A DNA stretch of 64,000 nt from Dehalococcoidia bacterium (GCA_965200085.1 OZ241333.1:1123704-1187703); one strand, 5' to 3'; shown: positions 1 through 8,323, counted from the stretch's first letter. Numbers and translations are program-made. Notes: generated from the sequence alone by a model not told the origin.

Positions 1-2
1 GG

Positions 3-902
3 ATGAGCCTAGATCAGGGTGGACACCTGACGCATGGCGCTTCGGTTAACTTCTCGGCGAAGATTTATGATGTGGTGCAGTATGGGGTTGACCGTGAATT
101 GGAGACGATAGACTACGATGCAGTGGAACGTCTGGCAAAGGAACACCGCCCTAAGCTCATTGTAACGGGAGCGAGCGCATATACCCGAATTATAGACTTC
201 CCACGCTTCCGAAGCATTGCAGATGAGGTGGGGGCGAAGCTTATGGTGGACATGGCGCATATAGCGGGACTGGTGGCTGCCGACGAACACCCTTCGCCTG
301 TGTCGCATGCTGAGATTATTACGACCACCACGCATAAAACGCTGCGCGGTCCGCGAGGCGGGATGATTCTGTGTGATGAGGCGCACCGGCGGGCTATCAA
401 CAGTGCGGTGTTCCCGAATATGCAGGGGGGACCGCTGGAGCATGTGATTGCTGCTAAGGCGGTGGCGCTGGGCGAGGCCATGAAGCCGGAGTTTGTGGAG
501 TATCAGAGAGGGATACGGGCTAATGCGGCGGCTCTTGCGGATGAACTGCGAGCGGGAGGGCTGCGGCTGGTATCCGGCGGCACGGATAACCACATCGTGC
601 TGGTTGATTTGACGCCTATGGACATCACGGGGCGTCAGGCGGAGGAGGCGCTGGGCGAGGCGAACATCGTAGTGAACAGGAACGCCATTCCTTACGACAA
701 GAAGCCGCCGCGCACGGCGAGCGGGATGCGTTTAGGCACTCCGTCGATTACGAGTAGAGGCATGGGCGTATCTGAGGCGCGTCAGGTGGGCAGGCTGATT
801 CTCAAAGTGCTTGCCAATCCGCAGAGCAACGCGGTTAAGAGTGAGGCGCGCGATGAGGCTATGGGGCTGTGCGCGCGTTTCCCTGCGCCTGGGCTGGGAT
901 AG
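3..902 (+). CDS. glyA: serine hydroxymethyltransferase, C-terminal ~300 aa (5' end lies outside the window)
   Basis: The ORF runs off the window start. It contains the SHMT PLP-lysine motif TTTHKTLRGPRGG and VTGASAY. Confidence 0.95.
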   Translation: MSLDQGGHLTHGASVNFSAKIYDVVQYGVDRELETIDYDAVERLAKEHRPKLIVTGASAYTRIIDFPRFRSIADEVGAKLMVDMAHIAGLVAADEHPSPVSHAEIITTTTHKTLRGPRGGMILCDEAHRRAINSAVFPNMQGGPLEHVIAAKAVALGEAMKPEFVEYQRGIRANAAALADELRAGGLRLVSGGTDNHIVLVDLTPMDITGRQAEEALGEANIVVNRNAIPYDKKPPRTASGMRLGTPSITSRGMGVSEARQVGRLILKVLANPQSNAVKSEARDEAMGLCARFPAPGLG

Positions 903-1082
903 AATGTCTTAGATGTGGATGACTTGGCTGCTGAAGAGTGGATGTTGGGCGATAGATTTCGGGTATGTCTCAGTTGCCATAGACAATATCGATGCGCTTG
1001 CTTATCGCCTTGAATCGTGTTGTATCGGTGGGGCAGGCTCACTATGTGCCGATGTTGTAGGAAGTCAAGTCGAGTGAGCCGC

Positions 1083-1811
1083 TTAAAGCCAAGAGGATGT
1101 GGCGTTCCACTGCCACAGCAGGAGGGATGCCTGAGATTGCAGGTCCATCATATTGTGGCAGACGATGGCTGCTAGGTGTCTGGTTGTCCAGCTTCCGTTG
1201 GGGAGACGATGCAGTTTATCTGTTTGGTTGGCAGAATTGGACGGTGGATGAGCGAGCAGGCGTGCGATTTCGGGGTCTTTGACCATATTAAGGTGCTGCT
1301 GCCACCAGATATGCGGAGCGCCGCCTAAGGCTTCCCATGAGATGATTTCGTTAACCGACTTGGCGCGTCGCACGGCTCTGCGAATGGCGCCCCGGTCGCG
1401 TTCACGGTCGTAGTCTGCGATACCCCATTGGTAGTAGAAGACAGGCGGGCGGACGAGTTCTCGCAGGCGTGGCCATTTGAGGGACTGCTGATCTGCCATA
1501 TCCTTCCAAGTTTGCATAGTATCGTGATCGATTAGGACAGGTTCTTCGAGCGCTTGGCTAATCCAGCCACTCACGAAATTACGGTTGTAAACGTAGATGG
1601 GCTGCGGCAGCGTTTCCCAGACCTTTCGTATTTCCGCCTTCAGCGTTTCGCAGTCGGCTTCGTTTTCTGCTTGTATTATGCGTATTGTGCTGCCGGAGAG
1701 CGTGCCTAGTGTGAACAGTCCGTTAGGCTTGGGATTCAAGCTAACTGTCTCGATGTCGATAATCGTGCCTTGAACGGAAATGCCTTGTAGAGTAAATCGG
1801 AGTGTCTGCAT
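1083..1811 (-). CDS. hypothetical protein, possible RNase H-fold/DEDD-like exonuclease (YprB/PF13482-like)
   Basis: 242-aa ORF whose ATG shares one base with the rnc stop (TAATG at 1811). Short motifs only: IIDIET (DxE), YVYNRNF, CHNMMDL (H/Y-x3-D). The function is inferred from these weak motifs. Confidence 0.45.
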   Translation of the reverse strand: MQTLRFTLQGISVQGTIIDIETVSLNPKPNGLFTLGTLSGSTIRIIQAENEADCETLKAEIRKVWETLPQPIYVYNRNFVSGWISQALEEPVLIDHDTMQTWKDMADQQSLKWPRLRELVRPPVFYYQWGIADYDRERDRGAIRRAVRRAKSVNEIISWEALGGAPHIWWQQHLNMVKDPEIARLLAHPPSNSANQTDKLHRLPNGSWTTRHLAAIVCHNMMDLQSQASLLLWQWNATSSWL

Positions 1812-2500
1812 TAGTCGGGTTCGTTCAGAGAGTTTAACGCAGTTTTTGCCGCTTCCTGTTCGGCGAGAGATTTACTGCTTCCCGTGCCCGTACCTAGCAC
1901 AGCGCCGTCAATGGCAACTTCTGCGATGAATGTGGGGGAGTGAGGTTTGCCTGATGTGTCGGTGATACGATACTCGGGCAGCGGAAGATGTCTGCTCTGT
2001 ACTAACTCTTGAAGCGCGGACTTGGGATGCTGATAGTCAGGAGACGGGCTGGCATAAGTCAGCTCGCTGTTCAGGATCCGAAGGCAGAAGTCTTTCGCAG
2101 CACAGTAACCTTTGTCCATGAATATAGCGCCAACTACCGCTTCGAATGCTGCGGCTAAGTTTGAGGCGCGAGCGCGTCCGCCGGTTGCCGCCTCGCCTGT
2201 GCCCATCGTTAGCTGCTGTCCAAGTTTGAGCCGCTGCGCTGCGCCTGCGAGTGTTTCGCCGCACACGATGTTAGATCGCATTGTGGTCAGCGCGCCTTCT
2301 TGGTAGTTGGGGAAGCGTCTGTAAAGTTCCTCGGCTATCGCCATTCCTAGTACGGCGTCGCCTAGAAATTCGAGACGTTCGTTACATTCGGACGGGGTAT
2401 TGGCTGACTCATTTATGCGTGAGCTGTGAGTGAGGGCAATCCTGAGGAGGCTCTTGTCGGAGAAGGTTACTCCGAGCGATTGTTCGATTGAATCTGCCAT
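1811..2500 (-). CDS. rnc: ribonuclease III
   Basis: ERLEFLGDAVLG RNase III signature, a C-terminal dsRNA-binding domain, 229 aa. Confidence 0.95.
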   Translation of the reverse strand: MADSIEQSLGVTFSDKSLLRIALTHSSRINESANTPSECNERLEFLGDAVLGMAIAEELYRRFPNYQEGALTTMRSNIVCGETLAGAAQRLKLGQQLTMGTGEAATGGRARASNLAAAFEAVVGAIFMDKGYCAAKDFCLRILNSELTYASPSPDYQHPKSALQELVQSRHLPLPEYRITDTSGKPHSPTFIAEVAIDGAVLGTGTGSSKSLAEQEAAKTALNSLNEPD

Positions 2501-2548
2501 AGGCGAGCGTGCGCGAAGCTGGGGTTTACATGGGCATGGGATTTATAA

Positions 2549-2578
2549 GGGGCATCCGTGTGTTCAATGAGATGCCCC
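2549..2578 (-). terminator. hairpin downstream of the DsbA-like gene (8-bp GC-rich stem GGGGCATC/GATGCCCC, 14-nt loop)
   Basis: Inverted repeat read directly from the sequence. On the minus strand it is followed by TTATAAAT. There is no clean U-tract. Confidence 0.35.
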
Positions 2579-2596
2579 TGCCCCTTGTTTGCGTAT

Positions 2597-3250
2597 TTAG
2601 TCTAGCGCGCCTTTAGGCCAGGGCGGCTGAGGGCGCTTGATTTCGCCGAAGTAGTTTCGGTGGTTGGCGAGGGCGATATAGTGCTCAAAGGATGCAACGG
2701 CGTCCTCGTCTTCGGGAATGAAGGCTTTTAGGTATGCCATGTTGCCGTTTTCGAACACATAGGTTGGTGTTCCGAAAATGCCCTCCGAGATCGCACCTTC
2801 GTGGTCTTCGCCGATGATTCTGCGCAGATCGGGGTCTTGCATGTCTTCGCGCATTTGCGCTGCATCTAGCCCGATGTCAGATGCGAGTTTTAGGATAGCT
2901 TCTTCGTCGCTGAGTGAGATTCGCCCTTCGCCGCCGTGCCGCGCCGTGAGCAGCGCAAGGTGGAACTTGGCGTGCGCCTCGTCGCCCTGACGTTTTGCTG
3001 CTTCGGCGGCAATCTGAGCCATCAGAGAACGTCCACTGGACGGGTCGTCCTGATCCCAGACTTTCCAGTCGGAACTGGTGCCCTCGGATTTCTGTCTCAG
3101 ATTAAATGCGTTTTGTTCGAGGGAGAAGTTCTTCCATGTGATGTTGAGATTGTCTCCGTAAGCCTTCTTCACCTTATCCAGCCACACGGCTGTATTGTAA
3201 ACCCAGGGTCAAGCATAGTCGCCGTAGATTTCCATTCGTAAGTTTTCCAT
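2597..3250 (-). CDS. DsbA/FrnE-like thioredoxin-fold protein with an in-frame TGA (3209..3211, codon 14) at the catalytic Cys position; candidate selenoprotein, alternatively a pseudogene
   Basis: The ORF track starts at GTG 3187. The same frame continues upstream as GGGAGG-N5-ATG(3250) MENLRMEIYGDYA-TGA-PWVYNTAVW. This aligns to the DsbA/FrnE N-terminus (I-x-I-W-S-D-x-x-C-P-W-C-Y). The cis-Pro loop GTPTYVF is present downstream. Confidence 0.6.
3176..3195 (-). promoter_or_regulatory. SECIS-like hairpin 17-36 nt downstream of the in-frame UGA
   Basis: mRNA AUACAGCC-GUGU-GGCUGGAU: 7 pairs with one A/G mismatch and a GUGU apical loop. A larger alternative stem spans about 3156..3189. Folded by eye only. 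Confidence 0.3.
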
Positions 3251-3612
3251 AATTGCCTCCCTTGTTTAGGCTGTGATGGCTGCATTGTAATGAGGGATGC
3301 GGGGTGATGTCAAACTGGAGACTACTGATATGTATGAACAGTCAGCTATGGATTGATTTGGCAATAGAAACCGATACCGGGCTGTGTTGGTGTGTGACTA
3401 TGCTTCGGCTGCAATGCTGCTCTCATGATTGAGCGATCTCGCGATGGGTACTTCTTGTCCAACAAATTGCAGAGACATAGGGTAAGAGTTGGGATATTAG
3501 CCGAAACGTTGTGTGATGTTGCGTGATGACAAGTTTGGCAGAATGATGCAAGCGTGATTTGCAGGCAAGTAATCGATTGCTATCGTTTATGCGGCGGTTA
3601 GTTAATAGGGTT

Positions 3613-3661
3613 GTAACACTCATGAAATATAGATTTTACATACACTTAACATAAATGAAAC
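3613..3661 (+). promoter_or_regulatory. five pentamers phased at exactly 11 bp upstream of amt (GTAAC-n6-GAAAT-n6-TTTAC-n6-TTAAC-n6-GAAAC)
   Basis: Read directly from the sequence. The array ends 10 nt before a -10-like TAGATT (3672..3677), so it occupies the -35 region of the putative amt promoter. Confidence 0.4.
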
Positions 3662-3721
3662 ACTCGAGGCGTAGATTTTGGAGCATCACATATCTTTTTA
3701 TAGTAGAAGGGGAGAAAGGAA

Positions 3722-5053
3722 ATGAGTTTTATAGGTGCGTTGATAAAACCTACTACGCTCAAGATGCGCCTGCTGCTGGTGGCACTGTTTGCACTGGGAA
3801 TAGTGCTGGGTGGCGGCGGCATCGCCTATGCGCAGAGCGAGATACAGGATGGGAATGACCTTTATAATACTATCTTGATATTCGCGGCTGCGCTGGTGTT
3901 TCTGATGCAGGCAGGGTTCGCGTTTTTGGGGGCGGGGCTGATTCGCGCAAAGAACACAGTCAATTACATGACTAAGTCGTTCTTGGACTTCTGCATAGCC
4001 TCGCTGGGTTTCTGGGCGTTTGGTTATGCACTGATGTGGGGCGGCGGCGCTTTGCCGGCGATAATCGGACTAGAAGGCTTCTTCCTAATCGGCTTTGATG
4101 ACGCAGCCCTAGCGGACTGGTTCTTCCAGATGGTGTTCGCGGGCACTGCCGCAACGATTATTGCTGGGGCTATGGCGGAGCGGACGAAGATTAACGCTTA
4201 TTTCGCGTACAGCTTCATTGTCGGCGCACTGATTTACCCTATCTACGGCCACTGGGTTTGGGGCGGCGGATGGCTGGGCGACATGAGTTGGATGATGCCT
4301 GATTTGGGCATGGCAGATTACGCAGGCTCCGGCGTAGTGCACATGATTGGCGGCTTCCTTGCGCTTGCCGGCGCGATGGTTGTAGGACCAAGAAAAGGCT
4401 GGGAGCAGGGTATCGTAATTCGGGGGCACAACGTCCCCTATGTGGTAATAGGCACCTTCGTGCTGTTCTTTGGCTGGTTTGGCTTTAACATCGGCGTCTT
4501 CACCGATTCCATTGGTCTGAACGCTGTCAACACGCTGCTCGCCGGCGCTGCGGGCGCGACTTCCGCAATCTATATAACCCTTATCCGTACAGATAAGGCA
4601 GACATTGAGATGGCTGCGAATGGCTCGCTTGCCGGGCTGGTGGGCATCACTGCGGGCTGTGCTTTTGTGGATGTGTGGGCGTCAGTGGTTATCGGTCTGA
4701 TTGCTGGCGGTCTAATGATTTTTGGCGTGAGCTTTGTGAAGAATGTACTGAAGGTGGACGATCCTGTTGGCGCGATTACGGTGCACGGCATCTGCGGCGC
4801 TTGGGGCGTGCTGGCTGTAGGTATCTTCGCATCCGGACATGGCGGTGTTACGGGGCTGCTGTTCGGCAACGCAATGCAGCTAGTGCCTCAGATTCTGGGC
4901 ATACTGGCAGCGGTCGTCTGGGGCTTCGGTGCAGGTTTCATACTCTTTAAGGTGCTTGATCTGACAATGGGCTTGCGTGTGGATGAACAGGAAGAGGAAG
5001 ATGGTCTTGACGAGCATGAGCACGGCACCGTTGCGTATCCGCAGATGAACTAG
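3722..5053 (+). CDS. amt: ammonium transporter (Amt family)
   Basis: 443 aa and polytopic. Amt motifs AMAERTKINAY, GSGVVHMIGG and ITVHGICGAWG. RBS GGGGAGAAAGGA. Confidence 0.95.
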   Translation: MSFIGALIKPTTLKMRLLLVALFALGIVLGGGGIAYAQSEIQDGNDLYNTILIFAAALVFLMQAGFAFLGAGLIRAKNTVNYMTKSFLDFCIASLGFWAFGYALMWGGGALPAIIGLEGFFLIGFDDAALADWFFQMVFAGTAATIIAGAMAERTKINAYFAYSFIVGALIYPIYGHWVWGGGWLGDMSWMMPDLGMADYAGSGVVHMIGGFLALAGAMVVGPRKGWEQGIVIRGHNVPYVVIGTFVLFFGWFGFNIGVFTDSIGLNAVNTLLAGAAGATSAIYITLIRTDKADIEMAANGSLAGLVGITAGCAFVDVWASVVIGLIAGGLMIFGVSFVKNVLKVDDPVGAITVHGICGAWGVLAVGIFASGHGGVTGLLFGNAMQLVPQILGILAAVVWGFGAGFILFKVLDLTMGLRVDEQEEEDGLDEHEHGTVAYPQMN

Positions 5054-5064
5054 GTCTTTCACTT

Positions 5065-5096
5065 GCCCGCCTTCACAGGAACTCACGAAGGCGGGC
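5065..5096 (+). terminator. hairpin after amt (10-bp stem GCCCGCCTTC/GAAGGCGGGC, 12-nt loop)
   Basis: Perfect inverted repeat 12 nt after the amt stop. There is no U-tract. Confidence 0.4.
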
Positions 5097-5176
5097 GCGA
5101 GGGAGCACAAGCAGTAAAACCAGTGCAGGGGCGGTTTTGGCGGCTGCCCCTGCTGATATTTCGTAAGTATTAGTCT

Positions 5177-5214
5177 GTAACAAATATTTAACATATATGC
5201 AATATACTTGAAAC
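5177..5214 (+). promoter_or_regulatory. second 11-bp-phased pentamer array (GTAAC-n6-TTAAC-n6-GCAAT-n6-GAAAC) upstream of a small ORF and glnII
   Basis: Same period, same first (GTAAC) and last (GAAAC) units, and the same AT-rich hexamer spacers as the array at 3613..3661. Confidence 0.35.
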
Positions 5215-5279
5215 ATGCCTCCTTCAAAATAAGATGCAAGACTATATGAAATGATTACTTTTTCTGGAGGCACGTGGAA

Positions 5280-5372
5280 ATGGAAGTATTGCTCGGTGGT
5301 GTAGCGTTTGCAGCGTTATTTGCAATATGGGTTATCATTCCCAGCGCAATTCGCAGGAATCGCACCAAATAG
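5280..5372 (+). CDS. possible 30-aa hydrophobic peptide MEVLLGGVAFAALFAIWVIIPSAIRRNRTK
   Basis: GGAGG sits 10 nt upstream of the ATG. One predicted TM helix with a basic C-terminal tail. It is below the ORF-track size cutoff and there is no homology evidence. Confidence 0.3.
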   Translation: MEVLLGGVAFAALFAIWVIIPSAIRRNRTK

Positions 5373-5542
5373 GTATATCCGTTACTGGACAATTGCCAGC
5401 AGCATGCATGCTCATCAGCGAGGCTTCATTTCTTGGAGGTCTCGCTGTTTGCTGTTCGTTTGATTCGTAATAAGTTGAAATTCTGCTTCTGCAAGGTTAG
5501 CATCAGAAGTGCAAAAATCTAGTCCCAAATTAGGAGGGAGTA

Positions 5543-6562
5543 ATGAGTTACTACAAGGCGGAATATATTTGGGTGGATGGCACTGAGCCAACTGCCAAGC
5601 TCCGCTCCAAAGGCAAGGTTGTACCGGTTGGTGAAGAGCCGCCGGTATGGGGTTTTGACGGTTCGAGCACGAACCAGGCGCCAGGCGACGCCTCGGACTG
5701 TGTGCTGAATCCTGTTTTTTCCTGCCCGGATCCAATTCGGGGCGGTAACAGCATACTGGTGATGTGTGAAGTGCTGCTGCCTGATATGTCCCCTCACCCA
5801 ACAAACACGCGCGCTGCATGCGCTGCCGCTGCGGAGGAGCATGCTGACTTTGATATGTGGTTTGGCATTGAGCAGGAATATACCTTCTTCAACGGAATCC
5901 GGTCGCAGCCGCTGGGATGGCCTGATAACGGCTTCCCTGCGCCGCAGGGCGGTTACTACTGTGGAGTCGGCTCCGATGAGGTGTTTGGCCGCCCGGTTGT
6001 GGAAGAGCACTTGGATGCCTGCCTTCATGCTGGTTTGCAGATAGCCGGCATTAACGCCGAAGTTATGCCTGCACAGTGGGAGTTCCAGGTTGGGCCGCTC
6101 GGCTCACCTGCGGTCGCGGATCAGCTTTGGATTGCGCGCTGGCTACTCTATCGGATAGGCGAGAGGCATGGCGTCGCCGCGACGCTGGATCCAAAGCCTG
6201 TGAAGGGCGACTGGAACGGCGCCGGAGCGCACACTAACTTCTCGACGAGGCAGATGCGTGACGGTGACGGCGCTTATGACGCTTGCATTGCTGCGGCAGA
6301 GGCATTGGGCGGAAATCATGACGAGCACATTGCGAACTACGGCGCTGAGATTGAACAGCGGCTGACCGGACTGCATGAGACCTGCTCTTACAGGGAGTTC
6401 CGATATGGAGTGTCTGACAGGGGAGCGTCGGTGCGTATTCCGTGGCAGGTAGAGCGAGACCGCAAGGGCTACATTGAGGATAGGCGACCTAACGCCAACT
6501 GTGACCCGTACAAGGTTACAGAGCTGATTCTCAAGACTGTCTGCGGGGCTGCGTCTTCATAA
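5543..6562 (+). CDS. glnII: glutamine synthetase type II
   Basis: 339 aa. The N-terminus MSYYKAEYIWVDGTEPTAKLRSK is typical of GSII. RBS AGGAGGGAG. Confidence 0.9.
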   Translation: MSYYKAEYIWVDGTEPTAKLRSKGKVVPVGEEPPVWGFDGSSTNQAPGDASDCVLNPVFSCPDPIRGGNSILVMCEVLLPDMSPHPTNTRAACAAAAEEHADFDMWFGIEQEYTFFNGIRSQPLGWPDNGFPAPQGGYYCGVGSDEVFGRPVVEEHLDACLHAGLQIAGINAEVMPAQWEFQVGPLGSPAVADQLWIARWLLYRIGERHGVAATLDPKPVKGDWNGAGAHTNFSTRQMRDGDGAYDACIAAAEALGGNHDEHIANYGAEIEQRLTGLHETCSYREFRYGVSDRGASVRIPWQVERDRKGYIEDRRPNANCDPYKVTELILKTVCGAASS

Positions 6563-6581
6563 GATCAGAATCAATTGAGAT

Positions 6582-6635
6582 AATTGAAGTCTGTACCACG
6601 CGGGACAAAATTTCCGGTGAGTGCAGGCTTCAATT
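6582..6635 (+). terminator. long imperfect hairpin 20 nt after the glnII stop
   Basis: AATTGAAGTCTGTAC...GTGCAGGCTTCAATT outer stem (two G-U pairs), with inner CAC/GTG and CGGGA/TTCCG stems and a 6-nt loop. There is no U-tract. Confidence 0.4.
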
Positions 6636-6790
6636 GCTATTAGCGTGGTATAGAGTGAGGAATTTCTGATCTTGTATCCGATTTTCGATGGGGCTTGGTT
6701 TGCTGTATAGGGTGTATAAGTGCATAGGATTTAAGGCTCTTCACCTTGCCTTTGATCCATTCAAGATGACAAGCACTGGCGCTGTTTAGT

Positions 6791-6819
6791 TTGACACAAT
6801 TTTCACAAACTGATATATT
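6791..6819 (+). promoter_or_regulatory. sigma70-type promoter for glnA (TTGACA-17 nt-TATATT, with TG at the extended -10 position)
   Basis: Near-consensus hexamers read directly from the sequence, about 80-110 nt upstream of the glnA start. Confidence 0.55.
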
Positions 6820-6898
6820 TTCCGAACGATTACCCATTGCGGCTCGCTGTGTTTTCGACAAGCATCTAAAGGCCTGCTTTGCAGTATTCACCTGAGTC

Positions 6899-8263
6899 GT
6901 GGGCGTCAATCTTAATGGGGTTGCTATGTTAGCGAGAGACCCGGAAGCCACTGAATTCGTACTTAATGAAGCCAGGGAGAACGATGTTAAGTTCATACGG
7001 CTCTGGTTTGCGGACATTCTGGGTAACCTAAAAGGATTTGCTATTACGGTTGAAGAGCTTGAACATTCTCTGACGCGTGGTATGGGTTTCGACGGCTCTT
7101 CTATCGAAGGGTTCGTGCGCTCTGATGAGCGCGACATGTACGCTCTCCCCGATCCGAATACATTCAGCTTGCTGCCGTGGCGTCCGCGTGAAAACGCAGT
7201 GGCACGTATGTTTTGTGATATTATTACTCCGGATGATGAGTCGCATGTGAGTGATCCGCGCGCTGTACTTAGACGCAATCTGGCTAATGCCGCTAATCTC
7301 GGATACACATATTATGTTGGCCCTGAGATTGAATACTTTTACTTCAAGGACACACAGGGTACGCTTACTCAAGAGCGGGGCAGTTACTTCGGACAGGATT
7401 CTGCGGATCAGGCGACTGATTTGCGCCGCCAGACGGTGCTTACTCTTGAAGAGTTGGGCATACCTGTCGAATCGAGTCATCAGGAAGCAGCGCCGAGCCA
7501 GCATGAGATTGATTTGCGGCATACTGATGCGCTGACGATGGCGGACACGATAATGACCTATCGGATTGTGGTGAAAGAGATTGCGCGGCAGAACGGTTAC
7601 TATGCGACCTTTATGCCCAAGCCTCTGCATGGCGAGAACGGCAGCGGGATGCACATGCACCAGTCGCTGTTCCAGAAGGATCGCAATGCTTTCTATGATG
7701 AGGATGATCCTCATCATATATCCGAGACAGCGAAGTTCTTTATCGCCGGGCTGATGAGGCATGCGAGAGAGATTACTGCCGTAACGAATCAGTGGGTCAA
7801 TTCGTACAAACGCCTAGTTCCGCAGTTTGAGGCGCCGACTTATGTTACATGGTCCACGGTTAATCGTGCCGACTTAATTCGAGTGCCGGATTACAAACCG
7901 GGCAGGGAGGATTCGCGTCGTATCGAATATCGCTCGCCCGATCCCGCATGCAATCCGTATCTGGCGTTCAGCGTGATGCTTGCGGCTGGATTGAAGGGTA
8001 TAGAGAATAAGTATGAGTTTCCGCCTGCGGCGCAGATGAATGCTGTGAATATGACTGAGTCGGAACGTGATGAGCTGGGCATAGAGGCGCTTCCGGCAAA
8101 CTTGTGGGAGGCGATTTATGTTGCGGAGCGCAGTGAGCTTGTACATGATTCGCTGGGAGAGCCTGTGTTCAAAAGCTTCATCGAGAATAAGAAGATAGAA
8201 TGGGAAAATTATCATAGCCGAGTGGCAGACTACGAAACTGAGCATTATTTGCCAGTGTTATAG
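6899..8263 (+). CDS. glnA: glutamine synthetase type I (start uncertain: GTG 6899 or ATG 6926)
   Basis: GSI features VKFIRLWFADILG and GSGMHMHQSLF; about 445-454 aa. Confidence 0.9.
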   Translation: MGVNLNGVAMLARDPEATEFVLNEARENDVKFIRLWFADILGNLKGFAITVEELEHSLTRGMGFDGSSIEGFVRSDERDMYALPDPNTFSLLPWRPRENAVARMFCDIITPDDESHVSDPRAVLRRNLANAANLGYTYYVGPEIEYFYFKDTQGTLTQERGSYFGQDSADQATDLRRQTVLTLEELGIPVESSHQEAAPSQHEIDLRHTDALTMADTIMTYRIVVKEIARQNGYYATFMPKPLHGENGSGMHMHQSLFQKDRNAFYDEDDPHHISETAKFFIAGLMRHAREITAVTNQWVNSYKRLVPQFEAPTYVTWSTVNRADLIRVPDYKPGREDSRRIEYRSPDPACNPYLAFSVMLAAGLKGIENKYEFPPAAQMNAVNMTESERDELGIEALPANLWEAIYVAERSELVHDSLGEPVFKSFIENKKIEWENYHSRVADYETEHYLPVL

Positions 8264-8323
8264 GTGCCGACTTTGCGATTGATTCATGTAGGCACAGGAA
8301 TGACGGAATGAGGGCGCGGCAAT

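Noticed and set aside
2501-2596. The hairpin upstream of rnc as an RNase III autoregulatory cleavage site (as in the E. coli rnc leader).
   Set aside because: The stem is only 8 bp, far shorter than typical RNase III substrates. It is more simply the terminator of the upstream DsbA-like gene.
3251-3721. Looked for a glutamine riboswitch (glnA RNA motif) upstream of amt, glnII and glnA, and for a cobalamin riboswitch (B12 box) upstream of the RdhA/QueG-like gene at 22108..22601.
   Set aside because: By eye I could not find the conserved cores (ACGGAAGU/AAGGAACG-type for glutamine, GCCACUG for B12). A covariance-model scan would be needed to be sure.
6640-7308. 222-aa minus-strand ORF spanning the glnII-glnA intergenic region.
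   Set aside because: It overlaps the glnA 5' end and the strong glnA promoter. Its Ser/Arg-rich composition is implausible for a protein and it has no RBS.
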